From an uncultured Desulfatitalea sp. (GTDB taxonomy: Bacteria > Desulfobacterota > Desulfobacteria > Desulfobacterales > Desulfosarcinaceae), in the NCBI GenBank assembly GCA_963668675.2, contig CAXXMB010000002.1, forward strand, positions 1,504,001-1,568,000: a stretch of DNA of 64,000 nt. The letters are read 5' to 3'. The first letter of the stretch is position 1; every line of letters starts with the position of its first letter. Both the position numbers and the translations under genes were made by a program. This document shows positions 1 to 9,846 of this stretch, in pieces. The notes under the pieces are model-generated. The model saw nothing but the letters and a program-made list of their open reading frames with translations, was not told the DNA's origin and made no database searches.

Positions 1-1
1 C

Positions 2-1930
2 CTGGAGCCGGTGGATATCATCCGGGAGATGACCTTTCAACGCGGACTCAATATTGTGTGGGGAGTGTCCCAGGATGCGGATGATGAGAGCGAAACACCC
101 GGTGTTCTCACCGGGCACTCCGTGGGCAAAACCACCCTTTGCCGTCTGATTCGTTATGCCTTGGGCGAAGAGACGTTCGGCCGAAAGTCGGCGCAAAATG
201 CCATCCGGCACGCCTTCCCCGATGGCGCCATAGGTGCCACGCTTCATCTGGAAGGGGTTCAGTGGTCAATACTCAGGTCCATCGGCATATCAGGCGAATC
301 ATATGCGGTTCAGGAGACGACCATCGAGGCCCTGATCCACCGTCCCCCCGGAGACCAGTCCTATTTCAAATTGCAGAAACAACTTCAACAAGCCTTTATA
401 GGGCCACTGCCTGCCGCGAAGCCGCCCAACGCCGATCAGGAATACCTGTGGATGCACCTTTTGGCCTGGCTGAGCCGTGATCAGGAGTCCCGCTACCAGA
501 ATTTGTGGGAGTGGCGCTCCGGCCGGAGCGAATCAAAGGTTCCGGCCTTTAAGGAACGCAAAAAGGCCGGACTTTATTTGATGCGAATGGTCATGGATAT
601 CATGGCGGATGACGAAGTCGCCATCACCGCCGACCTGAACCAATGGAATGAAACCTTGCGTCATTTGGAAGCACAGTTACGGGAGATGCAAAAAGAGCCG
701 GAATACCAGATTCGACACCATGAACAGATGCTGCGAAAAATTGTAGACGTAAGCCCTGACGACGATACCCAGGGGCTCTTTGGCCTGCGCGCCCAAGTCA
801 CACAACTTGATGACTCGCTGTTATCGACTATTGGACAACTTCAAAATAGACGTCGTGATACAGCCGATGCGTTGTCTCGGCACCGTGCGGAGCTTCTGGA
901 ATACGAAAAAGTGATCCAAAAAATCGAGGCTGCCCTGGCGACAATGGAAGAGGGCATGGAATCGACCGATGATATCGACAAAGAGTTGCAAAAGCTTGAA
1001 ACGGTGGTTGAAGGCCGTTGTTTATATGGCCAGATACCCTTTAAACAGTGCAGCTATTTCAACACCTATCTCAAGGAATTGCGCGGTGAGTTGATCGTTT
1101 TGCAGCGTGCCCGTCAGGACAGGGCCATGGACAAAGCCGGCGATGAGCGTAAGCGGATCATTCAAAAGTGGCTCGAAGAAAAGATGCAGATCAGAGAGAA
1201 GCTTGAAACCGCCCGCCAGACCATTACGGCCCTGGAGCAGAAGGAAAGAGAGCTCGAACGGGAGATCATTGCATTATCAGCCCATCAGGATCGGCTTCGT
1301 TACCACAGGGAGCAGTGGGAGATGGCTCAGGATCTCCGGGATGGCAAACGGGTCAACACCGAGATTGAAAGGGACAAAAAGGAGATCGAAACGCTGAAGC
1401 AGAAGATACGTGACGGCGAATCAAATGTGAAGAGCATGCAGGTCCGGCAATTCCAGCGCGGTGAAAATCTGCGCAGGCTTTATGATAAGGTGCTCAAGAC
1501 GGTGTTGTCGGAGAGCTATTTCGGCGACGTGCGCCTGCCGCCACGCCATGATCTTGAATTCCGGATCCGCGAAATAACCGCAGGTCTGGCCGGCGAAGCG
1601 GTGGAAACCCTGTCCCTGGTTCTGGCCGACTTCACGGCCGTACTTTGGGCCGTCCAGGGCAACGGCACCCACCCTGCCTTCCTGTTGCACGACAGCCCCC
1701 GGGAGGCCGACCTCGATCGCCATATCTACGGCCTTTTCCTTAAAAGCGTTCATACCATATCGGATACCATGGGTGGTCTTAATGCCCCCTTCCAATACAT
1801 CATCACAACAACCAGCAAGCCCCCCAAGGCGATCCTCGAGAGCCAGGTGGTCCGATTAAAACTCCGTGCGCACCCGGAAACGGACCTGCTGTTCAAGCAG
1901 TTCCTTATTGTCGGATCACCGTTGGCGTAA
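2..1930 (+). CDS. SMC-like ABC ATPase of ABC-three-component/Lamassu (LmuB-like) type; 5' end probably outside the window
   Basis: Walker A GHSVGKTT, long coiled coil with a central Cys pair (C-x9-C), and Walker B-like FLLHDSPREADL followed by QYIITTT. The frame is open to the window edge. Confidence 0.7.
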   Translation: MEPVDIIREMTFQRGLNIVWGVSQDADDESETPGVLTGHSVGKTTLCRLIRYALGEETFGRKSAQNAIRHAFPDGAIGATLHLEGVQWSILRSIGISGESYAVQETTIEALIHRPPGDQSYFKLQKQLQQAFIGPLPAAKPPNADQEYLWMHLLAWLSRDQESRYQNLWEWRSGRSESKVPAFKERKKAGLYLMRMVMDIMADDEVAITADLNQWNETLRHLEAQLREMQKEPEYQIRHHEQMLRKIVDVSPDDDTQGLFGLRAQVTQLDDSLLSTIGQLQNRRRDTADALSRHRAELLEYEKVIQKIEAALATMEEGMESTDDIDKELQKLETVVEGRCLYGQIPFKQCSYFNTYLKELRGELIVLQRARQDRAMDKAGDERKRIIQKWLEEKMQIREKLETARQTITALEQKERELEREIIALSAHQDRLRYHREQWEMAQDLRDGKRVNTEIERDKKEIETLKQKIRDGESNVKSMQVRQFQRGENLRRLYDKVLKTVLSESYFGDVRLPPRHDLEFRIREITAGLAGEAVETLSLVLADFTAVLWAVQGNGTHPAFLLHDSPREADLDRHIYGLFLKSVHTISDTMGGLNAPFQYIITTTSKPPKAILESQVVRLKLRAHPETDLLFKQFLIVGSPLA

Positions 1931-2070
1931 GGGACTGGATGGCGTTTGATAGGTCAAAAATACTGGATTTGAATAAACGGGAAATAGCATTGAAAAAACA
2001 GCTTGTTGCAAATATTAATCAAAAATGATTAACAAACCATGTTAATTTTTTAATTGAAACGTGGGTTCGT

Positions 2071-2406
2071 ATGCGTATATTCTTTAAGACGAAAAAGCTG
2101 CAAAAGATATGCTCGGAAAGTGCCCAGGCCAAAAAACATCTGGGCGCCAAAGGCGGCCTGAAGTTGCAACAGCGGATGATGGAGCTCAAGGCGGCCGATA
2201 CGCTGGCGAACATATCACGGCTGCCCCCTGCCCGGTGCCATGAACTGACCGGCAACAGAGCGGGGCAGCTTTCCGTTGATCTCGCGCATCCATATCGCCT
2301 GCTGTTTATTGCCGCCAATGATCCCCGGCCGGGACACAAAGACGGCGGTCTGGACTGGGAAGGGGTTACCGAAATCGAGATCATCGGGATTGCAGACACC
2401 CATTGA
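2071..2406 (+). CDS. higB: HigB/RelE-family toxin (plasmid maintenance system killer type)
   Basis: Motif RCHELTGNRAGQLSVDLAHPYRLLF; lies directly upstream of an HTH antitoxin. Confidence 0.8.
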   Translation: MRIFFKTKKLQKICSESAQAKKHLGAKGGLKLQQRMMELKAADTLANISRLPPARCHELTGNRAGQLSVDLAHPYRLLFIAANDPRPGHKDGGLDWEGVTEIEIIGIADTH

Positions 2407-2419
2407 AAAGAGGTGCATC

Positions 2420-3499
2420 ATGGCCGCAGCCCAAAAAAGATATGAATTTGAACCAGATTATGCCGTTGCACCGGGCGCAACCTTGCTGGAAACGATGCAA
2501 TCGCTGGGTATGACACAAAAGGAGCTGGCCCTGCGCACCGGCCTGACCGAACAGACCCTGACCCGTATTATCAAGGGCGAGCAACCCATTACCTACGAAA
2601 CCGCCAACCGACTTGAACTGGTCACACAGGTACCGGCTCGGTTCTGGAATAATCTGGAAGCCCAATATCGAGAGCAATTGACGAAGATTGCGGAACGACA
2701 GCGGTTGGAATCCAATATCCAATGGCTCAAAACCATTCCCACCAAAGAGTTGATTGATCGTGGCTACATTAAGCCCACACAGGACAAGGTGGTGCTGTTG
2801 CGCCGGACGCTCGCCATGTATGCGGTCAGCAGCGTCGATGCGTGGAAAGAGGTTTGGGAACGGCCCGCTGTTGCGGCCCGCCGGTCTCCCTGTTTTGAAT
2901 CTCGCCCCGGTGATGCCTCGGCATGGATTCGCCAGGGTGAATTGCAGGCTCAGTTCATTGAATGCAATGCGTTTGATAAACAACGATTCAAAACAGCCTT
3001 ATTGACGATTCGTGCTTTGACCCGAGAGCGTGCCGAGGTTTTCGAGCCTGAATTGAAACGCATATGCGCCGAAGCAGGCGTAGCCGTTGCCCTCGTGCCT
3101 GAAATGAAAAAGGTCCCTTGGAACGGCGCCACCCGCTGGTTATCATCCAAAAAGGCCATGATTTTGCTCAGCCTGCGTGGGAAAGGGGAAGACAAGTTCT
3201 GGTTCTCATTTTTCCACGAAGCCGGACATGTGCTAAATGACGGCAAAAAGGATTTATTGATCAACGACGGCACCCAAATTGATCCGCGTGAGAAACGCGC
3301 TAACGATTTTGCATCGGAAATACTCATTCCTTCCCGTTACAACTTCCATATTCAGCGAATCCGGTCAAAGGCGGAGGTCGTTGAACTGGCGAATAAACTT
3401 GGTATTGCCCCGGGAATTGTTGCCGGCCGTTATCAATTTCTAACCGGCAAGTGGCACTTTTTCAAAGAGCTGATACGTAAATTACAGTGGGCCAAATGA
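2420..3499 (+). CDS. higA: HigA-type XRE HTH antitoxin fused to an ImmA/IrrE metallopeptidase domain
   Basis: N-terminal PG-x2-L..MTQKELA HTH with FWNNLEAQY, and C-terminal HExxH (FHEAGH). ATG at 2420 follows a GAGG RBS. Confidence 0.8.
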   Translation: MAAAQKRYEFEPDYAVAPGATLLETMQSLGMTQKELALRTGLTEQTLTRIIKGEQPITYETANRLELVTQVPARFWNNLEAQYREQLTKIAERQRLESNIQWLKTIPTKELIDRGYIKPTQDKVVLLRRTLAMYAVSSVDAWKEVWERPAVAARRSPCFESRPGDASAWIRQGELQAQFIECNAFDKQRFKTALLTIRALTRERAEVFEPELKRICAEAGVAVALVPEMKKVPWNGATRWLSSKKAMILLSLRGKGEDKFWFSFFHEAGHVLNDGKKDLLINDGTQIDPREKRANDFASEILIPSRYNFHIQRIRSKAEVVELANKLGIAPGIVAGRYQFLTGKWHFFKELIRKLQWAK

Positions 3500-3568
3500 G
3501 AGTGACGCATGTTATTGATGTCCGAACCGCGAACAAGGCCGGATTAACCAACCAAACGTAAGGATGCC

Positions 3569-6208
3569 ATGAGCCGGTACTGTGGAGATAAAGATACGAA
3601 AGCCATACTGGAAGCAGCAGAACATTGGCGGCACAAAGGTTTGCTGACGGACGGCTCCATATTCAGTGAAAAATCACTCTGGCAGCTGGAGCACCTAAAA
3701 TCCCTGGATCAGTATTTCATTAACCAGCTGGATGAGGGAGAAGGAAACTTCTTTGACAAACTCTCTGCTCAACTTGCCCCCACAGTGCCTGAGGTTAAGC
3801 AACTTACCGCTGAGATCCTATGGGTCATGTTCCTGTGCCCAAGCAATATTGGGGAGAACAAAAAGCGGGAGGGTATTCGAACCATATGGGGATGGTCTCA
3901 AGAGGCCTTGCCCGAAGATTCGCCGTATCTGAGGGATGCAACACTTGCAGGGGTTGGAAGTGCCGGAATGGGCTATAACAATCTCAGATGGCGTGAGTTG
4001 ATTTTTGTCATTCGATTGGTGATGGCCCTCAAACAGCTCACCGACGTGGAGCGCGAGTCGCTTTTAAACGATGGCTGGTCGCTCGCAAAATGGCTGGAGC
4101 AAATCCCGGAATGTGATACAAGGCAATTCCGCCACATGATGCTGTTTTTACTCTTTCCCGATGAGTTTGAACGTATCTTTGGCGGTGTTGATCGTCGTAA
4201 AATCGTTTCTGCTTTTAGTCGTAGATCTGAAGCGCAGGTAAAAAGTTTATCCGCCTTGGACATCGATAAAGAGCTGGCCCAAATCCGGAAGCATCAGGAA
4301 GAGACTTATGGCAGTACGGAGCTCGATTTCTATCTGCCTCCGCTTCGGGATCAATGGGGGGATATCAGAAATGTTTCTTGGCTGATGACCTGGAATCCGC
4401 AAAAATCGCCCTGGAAAAGTTTATCGGAAGATCGAGCGAAAACCCATGATGGAGGCACGGTTACCAAACGCTGGAGTTGTGCAAATCGAAATGCCAAGGT
4501 GGGTGATAAAGCATATCTTTCCCGAACAGGCGTTACACCCAAAGGCATCATAGCTGTCGGTAATATCGTGACAGCACCTTTTGAGGCCCCGCATTGGGAC
4601 AAAGCGAAGGCAGCAGCCAACAAAACCCAGTGGTATGTTGAAATTGATTTTACCCGCATTCAAGACCCCTTGGCCAACGACCCTTATGTGTCAATCGACG
4701 CTCTCAACAAGATTGCAATCGATCAGCAGGATTGGTCGCCCCAGTCGTCGGGTATCGAAATAAAGCAGCGTGCGGCAGGGGCGCTGAAAAAGCTCTGGGA
4801 GGGCTCGGTTGCGAAATCCCTACAGCAACCATCGGATTTGGTCAGTCGAACGCCAGGTATGACTGAAGCAACCAACCTCATTTTTTATGGCCCGCCAGGT
4901 ACCGGGAAAACCTTTAAGCTTAGAAAACTTGCCGAAGAACAATATAGCAACAAAAAGCAGAGCATCGGCCGAGATGCCTGGTTAAGTCAGCAGCTTTTGG
5001 AGGTGCGGTGGTTCGATGCGGTCTTTGCAGTCCTTTATGACCTCGGCACAAAAGCAAAGGTTTCGGATATTGCCGGACACGAATTCATTGTGCTCAAAGC
5101 ACGCGCCATGGGACGTCACCAAAATATTAATCAGACCATCTGGGCTACTTTGCAGGCCCATACCAGTGAAGCCTCCAGAACCGTTCAGTACAAGAATAAG
5201 AGCGCACCCTTTGTATTTGATAAAGGTGCAGACAGCGTCTGGACGTTTGCGGGCGATTGGGAAGAAGAATGTGCCGAACAAGTGAATCTTGCCAAGACTC
5301 TGAAAAAAGGACCGGCTGTGGGGACCGCGCAGCATCGCTGCGAGTTTGTGACCTTCCACCAATCTTACAGTTATGAGGATTTTGTCGAAGGCATACGCCC
5401 CATTAAGAACGAAGAGAGCGGCGAAATGGCTTATGAGGTCGTTCCCGGCGTGTTCCGTCGTATCGCCCAAAAGGCCAAGGCCGATCCAGGTCAGCGCTAC
5501 GCGATTTTCATCGACGAGATCAATCGAGGCAACATTGCTAAAATATTTGGTGAATTAATCACGCTGCTCGAAACGGATAAACGAGCAATCTTCACTGAAA
5601 ATGGTGAAAAAAAGTCCGGCATGGAGTTGACGCTACCATACTCCGGCGATCTATTCGGTGTGCCTACAAATCTGGATCTATTTGGATCAATGAACACAGC
5701 TGATCGTTCCATCGCCCTGCTGGACACGGCATTGAGGCGGAGGTTCAAGTTTCAGGAATTGATGCCTGATGCTGGCTTGATCAGCGGCTCTCGCGGCGAC
5801 GGTTACATTGAAGATGGGGAAGGCAGTGTAATCAATCTTAGGGCGTTGCTCGAATCAATGAACCGACGTATTCGCTTTCTTCTCAACCGGGATATGACCC
5901 TGGGGCATGCATATTTCATGACTGTGAAGGATTTTCCTGGGCTTAAGAATGTGATGCTGAATCAGGTCATCCCATTGTTGCAGGAGTATTTTTACGAGGA
6001 TTGGCACAGGATACAATTAGTACTTCAGGACGTGGGGCCGAGCGGGGAAAAATTGGAACCCCAAATTATTTGTCACGACACATTAAAGGAACAGGATGTT
6101 CTGGGTTTTGACCATGACGATTATGAGGACTTCATTGATTATTGGGTGGCACCGCCCGATGACATAACACCTGATGCAATCCGCAAAGTATATGAGAAAG
6201 CCTCCTGA
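3569..6208 (+). CDS. mcrB: McrB-family AAA+ GTPase with an EVE/PUA-like domain (type IV restriction)
   Basis: GPPGTGKT, FVTFHQSYSYEDF, IDEINRGN and MNTADRSIALLDTALRRRF signatures, plus an internal WLMTWNP..AKVGDKAYL..GIIAVG EVE-like segment. Confidence 0.9.
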   Translation: MSRYCGDKDTKAILEAAEHWRHKGLLTDGSIFSEKSLWQLEHLKSLDQYFINQLDEGEGNFFDKLSAQLAPTVPEVKQLTAEILWVMFLCPSNIGENKKREGIRTIWGWSQEALPEDSPYLRDATLAGVGSAGMGYNNLRWRELIFVIRLVMALKQLTDVERESLLNDGWSLAKWLEQIPECDTRQFRHMMLFLLFPDEFERIFGGVDRRKIVSAFSRRSEAQVKSLSALDIDKELAQIRKHQEETYGSTELDFYLPPLRDQWGDIRNVSWLMTWNPQKSPWKSLSEDRAKTHDGGTVTKRWSCANRNAKVGDKAYLSRTGVTPKGIIAVGNIVTAPFEAPHWDKAKAAANKTQWYVEIDFTRIQDPLANDPYVSIDALNKIAIDQQDWSPQSSGIEIKQRAAGALKKLWEGSVAKSLQQPSDLVSRTPGMTEATNLIFYGPPGTGKTFKLRKLAEEQYSNKKQSIGRDAWLSQQLLEVRWFDAVFAVLYDLGTKAKVSDIAGHEFIVLKARAMGRHQNINQTIWATLQAHTSEASRTVQYKNKSAPFVFDKGADSVWTFAGDWEEECAEQVNLAKTLKKGPAVGTAQHRCEFVTFHQSYSYEDFVEGIRPIKNEESGEMAYEVVPGVFRRIAQKAKADPGQRYAIFIDEINRGNIAKIFGELITLLETDKRAIFTENGEKKSGMELTLPYSGDLFGVPTNLDLFGSMNTADRSIALLDTALRRRFKFQELMPDAGLISGSRGDGYIEDGEGSVINLRALLESMNRRIRFLLNRDMTLGHAYFMTVKDFPGLKNVMLNQVIPLLQEYFYEDWHRIQLVLQDVGPSGEKLEPQIICHDTLKEQDVLGFDHDDYEDFIDYWVAPPDDITPDAIRKVYEKAS

Positions 6209-6210
6209 CG

Positions 6211-7449
6211 GTGGAATCACTATCACTTATCGAGCATGAATCCCTGCCAATAGTTCCGCAACGGATTCGGGGGCAGAATGCACTATCTTCAGCACATGCC
6301 GAAGCGCTGCAAAAGCTGGAGCGATTGGTGCCCGCAAATGCCTTCTCCTGGGGGCACCACACAGTAAAGTTTGCAAATTATTGCGGCGTGATCTGCCTTG
6401 GCAATCTGTCCATTGAAATCCTCCCAAAGATTTACGGAAAAGAGACCGAACCAGGCGCCTGTCGTAAAGCCCTCATCAAAATGCTTGTAAAAGCAAGAAG
6501 GTTAAAGATTCAGCGTGGTGGTGCTGCAAGCATCGAATTGCAAAAGTACAGCCTGCTGGATGTGTTTATCCTTCAATTCTGCGATCAACTTCACGCTGAG
6601 CTCATGCAGGGAAAGATCCGGAATTATGTTGAAAAGCATGAAAACATCAATGTGCTTCGTGGACGGCTCCGCGTGGAACAGCAGTTCAAATACAACCTTG
6701 CCCATAAAGAACGATTGTATTGCCAGTATGATGAGTTAAGTGAGAATAATACCCATAATCAAGTCATCAAATATATTTTACGGCTGATGATGAAAATATC
6801 CACCGGCACAATGGTCCGAAAAAAGCTTACTGAACTGATCATGCGATTCGATGCTATCCGTGATGTTAAAGTGAATTTGAAAATGATAGACAGTTTGACC
6901 TTTGACCGTTCGACATGCCGTTACGAACTCATTTTCCAACAATGCTGCTGGTTCCTGCAAGGCCTCCATCCGGATGTGCTGGTGGGTAAAAATACTTGTA
7001 TTAGTCTCCTTTTTGATATGAACAAACTGTTTGAATGTTATGCGGCCGGTGTGTTCAGAAAAATAGCATGGGCCAAAGAGCTACGAATGCAGGAACAAGG
7101 ACCACGTAAATATATGGCCAGACGGGACCATGTCGGCGATCAACTCTTCCTCATGATTCCTGACATGACATTTTTCGATATGGATAATCATATTGTGGCC
7201 ATTGCGGATGCCAAATGGAAATTGCTTGATGATCGTGAAAAGAAAATGGGCATATCTCAAAGTGATATTTACCAGATGGCAGGATACTCTAAGCGATACC
7301 GTGTAGACAAACTTCTATTAATTTACCCGAAACAAAAGTGGCTAAAGAGCCCAGTAACATTAGATCTTCAAAACACGTCAGCATCTATCCATATAATTCC
7401 GATCGACGTTGTTTTAGAAAAGCAATCAATAAATGCGCAATTTCTATAG
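6211..7449 (+). CDS. mcrC: McrC-family PD-(D/E)XK nuclease subunit
   Basis: IEILPKI, LFDMNKLFE, PD..IADAKWK and DIYQMAGY motifs; adjacent to mcrB. Confidence 0.9.
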   Translation: MESLSLIEHESLPIVPQRIRGQNALSSAHAEALQKLERLVPANAFSWGHHTVKFANYCGVICLGNLSIEILPKIYGKETEPGACRKALIKMLVKARRLKIQRGGAASIELQKYSLLDVFILQFCDQLHAELMQGKIRNYVEKHENINVLRGRLRVEQQFKYNLAHKERLYCQYDELSENNTHNQVIKYILRLMMKISTGTMVRKKLTELIMRFDAIRDVKVNLKMIDSLTFDRSTCRYELIFQQCCWFLQGLHPDVLVGKNTCISLLFDMNKLFECYAAGVFRKIAWAKELRMQEQGPRKYMARRDHVGDQLFLMIPDMTFFDMDNHIVAIADAKWKLLDDREKKMGISQSDIYQMAGYSKRYRVDKLLLIYPKQKWLKSPVTLDLQNTSASIHIIPIDVVLEKQSINAQFL

Positions 7450-7587
7450 AGCGTCTTTTCCTATACTTTTTCTGAGTTAATCCCCCAAAATCCCTCCAAC
7501 CCACCAACATCTATATATATTAATTCCTAAGCAGACCACCACACCCACCCTACACACAATCTATCAACCAAACCAAGGAGGCAATCC

Positions 7588-7749
7588 ATGCTCAATTCAT
7601 TTGTTTTAACCGGCAACCTGGGCGCCGACCCCGAGATTTTCTATTCAAGCGATGGCGATCCGATTGCCACATTCAACCTGGCCTTTAATTCATCCAAGAA
7701 AAAGACCGGCTGGATCAAAGTCACCACCATGACGGGAAGAAGGTGTTAA
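7588..7749 (+). pseudogene. ssb: Truncated single-stranded DNA-binding protein (N-terminal half only)
   Basis: MLNSFVLTGNLGADPEIFYSSDGDPIATFNLAF..TGWIKV aligns by eye with the intact SSB at 12889, then diverges and stops at the cassette-array junction. AAGGAGG RBS. Confidence 0.8.
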
Positions 7750-7827
7750 GGTGTTAACGTCTGTATGGGCATTTTTAATGCTTTGTCTTTATCGGCAGAG
7801 ATTCCATGGTACAGTTTGCGTAAATCA

Positions 7828-7886
7828 CGTTAACGATTTGGCTTTGTGGCGAGAGGATCGAGTCCGCTGAAGAAAAGCGGTTAAGT
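7828..7886 (-). other. attC site (59 bp) of the HNH cassette
   Basis: Minus strand ACTTAAC...GTTAACG, 59 bp, clearly homologous to the attC at 8516-8574 (shared GGCTTTG.GGCGAG.GGA.CGAGTCCGC on +). The L'' box is somewhat degenerate. Confidence 0.8.
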
Positions 7887-7899
7887 CAATTTATTTATG

Positions 7900-8505
7900 T
7901 TAAAGTATGCGTGTAAGTCCATCCCATCCATCAACAACTGGCGGCCGGTCTCTCGGATCATTAAAGCCAACCTCCTCCAGTGTCCAATCATTACGCCCAA
8001 ATTGGCAGGGGCCACATGCCGTGACTAAATTAGAAAAGGCATTTGTGCCACCGCGACTATGTGGAACGACATGATCAAGAGAGGCTGTCAGTGCTGCCAA
8101 ACCAGTGTGTTTCTCGATGTTCCTTCTACCCCAGCGAGCCTCTTTTGGAAAAAGCCGGATCAACACTGATCTCGCTTTTTTTGATACGACTCTGCAACCG
8201 CAGTAACGGCAGCGCCAGCCATCCCGTTTAAAAATCGCAACCTCGTCTTTGGCTGTTGGCATTCTGAGCGTTGATCGTTCGTGCGAAGGCAGTACATCCT
8301 TGGGCATTGATTTTTGCCAATGTATGGTGGGGTCTATCGGTCCAGTTATACGCGCTGTGTATTCATATATTTCAGGGATGTCTGCCTCAGCAATAAAAGC
8401 GCTTGCCACAACATGATTGTTTGCGAGATAGGCATCTACTGCCCGATCAAGCAGATCTGCTGCATGTTCTAATTCTGGTATTAAGGGGAGAAAACTATTT
8501 CGCAT
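7900..8505 (-). CDS. HNH endonuclease (cassette-borne)
   Basis: RDGWRCRYCG...LDHVVPHSRGG..NLVTACGPC HNH/Zn motif; bounded by R' and attC. Confidence 0.85.
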   Translation of the reverse strand: MRNSFLPLIPELEHAADLLDRAVDAYLANNHVVASAFIAEADIPEIYEYTARITGPIDPTIHWQKSMPKDVLPSHERSTLRMPTAKDEVAIFKRDGWRCRYCGCRVVSKKARSVLIRLFPKEARWGRRNIEKHTGLAALTASLDHVVPHSRGGTNAFSNLVTACGPCQFGRNDWTLEEVGFNDPRDRPPVVDGWDGLTRIL

Positions 8506-8515
8506 GATTTTTCAG

Positions 8516-8574
8516 ACTTAACGGTAAGGCTTTGCGGCGAGGGAACCGAGTCCGCCAACAGCTCCTTGTTAGCC
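8516..8574 (-). other. attC site (59 bp) of the HEPN cassette
   Basis: Minus strand GGCTAAC-AAGGA-GCTGTTGG...GCAAAGC-CTTACC-GTTAAGT: R'', 5-nt spacer, L'' with an extra base, L' and R'. Confidence 0.85.
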
Positions 8575-8582
8575 AATCCTAT

Positions 8583-9836
8583 TCATTCAAATCTAGGTAT
8601 TGATGCCTCCCAGACCCAACTGTGAAACCATTTTTTATATTTCGCGTCTGCCGCTTCAATGAATGCTTGTACTATTTCATCAACTATATTCTTAATCTCA
8701 ACAACCACTGTCTTATCTATTTGTGACAAGGTTGTCGGAAAGCTGTTTTTAGCTTTCTCCTCGGTCTTTCTTCCCCTGAAATCTGTCACACCGTTGTAAA
8801 AGAAAATGATAGCATCTTCCTGAAGTGCGTATGCATAGTGATTTGCAGTAATATTGCCATGAACCATTTCATTCCTAAATGATCGAAGTTTTAACAGCTT
8901 GTTCCAAAGCTCCGTTTTGGGAGAAAGAATTTGTTTGCTAAATCCATCGCAAAAAAGATGTGCGGTGACTATTCGCAAATCAAGATCGCCTCTTTTTGTT
9001 ATTCGTTCATATGACTCTACTCGAAATTCGGTTTTAAGTAGTAAATGATATATGGTGTTAATAAGTGATTCCAACGCCATAACATACGAAATCGCTGAAG
9101 ATAAATATATTGAACCACCAGTGCTAACATCCAAAGATTCATTCCATTTTAAATCTTTTCTTGGTGGCAATTTGTCAAAATGAGCGGCTAAATCAAACAG
9201 TCGTTCGGCGCTGCTATATCTCTCGGCAAAAATGTTTAAGAGAGCAGACCATGATTTGTTTTGTTCGGTAATTTCTTGATTCTCGTTAAACAAATGTGCA
9301 TTTTTTTCAACGCAATCAATAAAATCAAAGTGAAATCTCTTCCCCTTCTCCATATGAAATTTAAATATATCTGGATCTTTCGGAATGTTCTCAGCCCAAA
9401 ATCGTAATTTTACCCGTGTATTGGCACGCGCGCTTGCGACCTCAGCATGCAATAGGTCCGTAATTTTTATAAGATAGCCCCAATCGACAGCTCCTGGGAT
9501 AATTTTAAATTCACCTGAATCAGTGTTTATATAGGTTGCCAGAATATCTGGTGGGCCATAAAGCAATTTAAAGATTCGATATAGCAAAATGCTATTGAAA
9601 TATGGCAAGGTTTCTTGAAGATCAAATTCATGAATCAGTTCAAAATCATCTGAGGGTTTTCGCTTTACCACCGCGTAAACGCAGTCGTTTATTTCAGGAG
9701 GAATAAAACCTTTTAATTCTTCGTCCAAATTAGATGGGCAGAGGTCAGCATTTTGTCTATCCTCACGAGGAAAATTTTTTGATAGATGTGTTGAATGAAG
9801 CTTGTGCTTTAATTCTTTTACTTGCCCCACAGCCAC
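8583..9836 (-). CDS. Cassette-borne protein with a probable C-terminal HEPN RNase domain
   Basis: Helical C-terminal half with AISYVMALESLIN and an RxxxxH motif (RNEMVH). AT-rich, with an AAGGAG RBS just after the R' box. Confidence 0.55.
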   Translation of the reverse strand: MAVGQVKELKHKLHSTHLSKNFPREDRQNADLCPSNLDEELKGFIPPEINDCVYAVVKRKPSDDFELIHEFDLQETLPYFNSILLYRIFKLLYGPPDILATYINTDSGEFKIIPGAVDWGYLIKITDLLHAEVASARANTRVKLRFWAENIPKDPDIFKFHMEKGKRFHFDFIDCVEKNAHLFNENQEITEQNKSWSALLNIFAERYSSAERLFDLAAHFDKLPPRKDLKWNESLDVSTGGSIYLSSAISYVMALESLINTIYHLLLKTEFRVESYERITKRGDLDLRIVTAHLFCDGFSKQILSPKTELWNKLLKLRSFRNEMVHGNITANHYAYALQEDAIIFFYNGVTDFRGRKTEEKAKNSFPTTLSQIDKTVVVEIKNIVDEIVQAFIEAADAKYKKWFHSWVWEASIPRFE

Positions 9837-9846
9837 TCCTTGAAAA

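Noticed and set aside
7789..7818. Sigma28 promoter inside the mini-cassette
   Set aside because: GCCGATAA is present on the minus strand, but there is no -35 box at the spacing seen in the other two sites.
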